A stretch of 20,557 nucleotides of DNA from Ginkgo biloba (taxonomy: Eukaryota; Plantae; Ginkgophyta), in assembly GCA_024626585.2 (NCBI GenBank), contig JANKJI020000002.1, forward strand, positions 231,937,585 through 231,958,141, written 5' to 3'. Under the pieces are notes generated by a model. That model saw only the letters and a program-made list of their open reading frames with translations. It was not told the DNA's origin and searched no databases. Shown here in pieces: positions 19,639-20,557 of this stretch; within the stretch, counting starts at the first letter, position 1; every line of letters begins with the position of its first letter. The translations under genes and the position numbers were made by a program.

Positions 19639-19829
19639 TATGAGTTAATTTGTTCTAAATGGTTTTGGGTAGTGATTCAACTAATATACAAAGTTGAAAG
19701 TTAGATATGATTGATTTTATCTTTAAGTACACGTGTAAGGCCACCACTCCATATGATGTAACATTAGAGGGTAGTCGGGTGACTTGTGTCTATCTTTTGT
19801 ATATACTTTAAAATTGTGTGTACTTTTCT

Positions 19830-20101
19830 TTGTTTATTAGTTCCTCATCAGAGTCTTGTTCATGTGAGGTATGTCCTTCTATGCGATATAATTTGGCCAT
19901 AAACCTAATATGTCTTTTGCACAAAATATTATCCATTTATCTAGAGTTTACAATATTTTTTTAATTAGCTCATGTACCATTTATTTTATATGGTATATTA
20001 TCAAATTTAAATTTCATAAAGCATTCATCATGATTTGTAACATATAAAACTAAGGTGCAAAGACATTGGATACCTAATACTACATCGATGCCTCCAATAG
20101 C
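19830..20101 (-). pseudogene. Degenerate chromovirus-type Ty3/gypsy protease C-terminus and PR-RT linker
   Basis: AIGGIDVVLGIQCLCTLVLYVTNHDECFMKFKFDNIPYKINGT*AN*KNIVNSR*MDNILCKRHIRFMAKLYRIEG matches the GG.DVVLGIQWL.TLG....MKF...VSS..M.K.L motif. Truncated by the 20104-20150 gap and not followed by a recognisable RT. Confidence 0.75.
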
Positions 20102-20557
20102 AANNNNNNNNNNNNNNNNNNNNNNNNNNNNNNNNNNNNNNNNNNNNNNNATTGATGGTTCTCTAACATGTGAAAGATTGGTGTTGACATGGATTCATGG
20201 GTGACATTGTATTTATTCTACATATTTCTATTTTACTCGCATTTGCCCAGGGTCAAGGGGATTGTCCCACCCATACTCACCTATTGGTCGCTTATTTTCT
20301 TATTTTGGTAGGCCCTAATTTTCTTCAGAGTCCTCGAGCTTAAAGATACTCCTCTAGCATTTCCATTATATCACCTTTTTATTTTATTTTTTTCCTAAAA
20401 AGATTCCAAAACCTTACTTTAACCCAATTAGCCCTTTTTCAAGTGAGGCTCAGGGTCATATTAAAATCACATGGGACCAAAGGCTATTCCTTTGCCCACT
20501 TTTCTTGGTATCCCTAAAAAATTTATCATTTGAAGCAGTTGAGATTTTCTTAATATA

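Overview
AT-rich, CG- and CHG-depleted intergenic DNA from a large plant genome (gymnosperm-like, an inference). It comes from a gappy draft scaffold with 16 N-runs, six of them exactly 100 N. No intact host gene, rRNA/tRNA, CRISPR array or prokaryotic system is recognisable. The window is mostly nested, decayed retrotransposons. (i) A minus-strand Tat/Ogre-type (non-chromovirus) Ty3/gypsy pol lies at 5790-9941 (PR-RT-RH...INT). It is interrupted inside RNase H by a younger LTR and flanked by two diverged same-orientation LTR-like repeats (about 1882-3058 and 14764-15678) that may be its own very old LTRs. (ii) A second Tat-like integrase remnant lies at 881-1769. (iii) A plus-strand CRM-type chromovirus segment has the permuted order RH-INT > LTR > PBS(Met) > gag (10042-13107). 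(iv) There are further LTR fragments, possible very decayed L1 LINE pieces and a gypsy protease remnant at the right end. (v) A short CHG-retaining island near 19.38-19.64 kb carries a hairpin and has a methylation-decayed 145-bp duplicate. I found no evidence for a genuinely new biological system; the best leads are structural.
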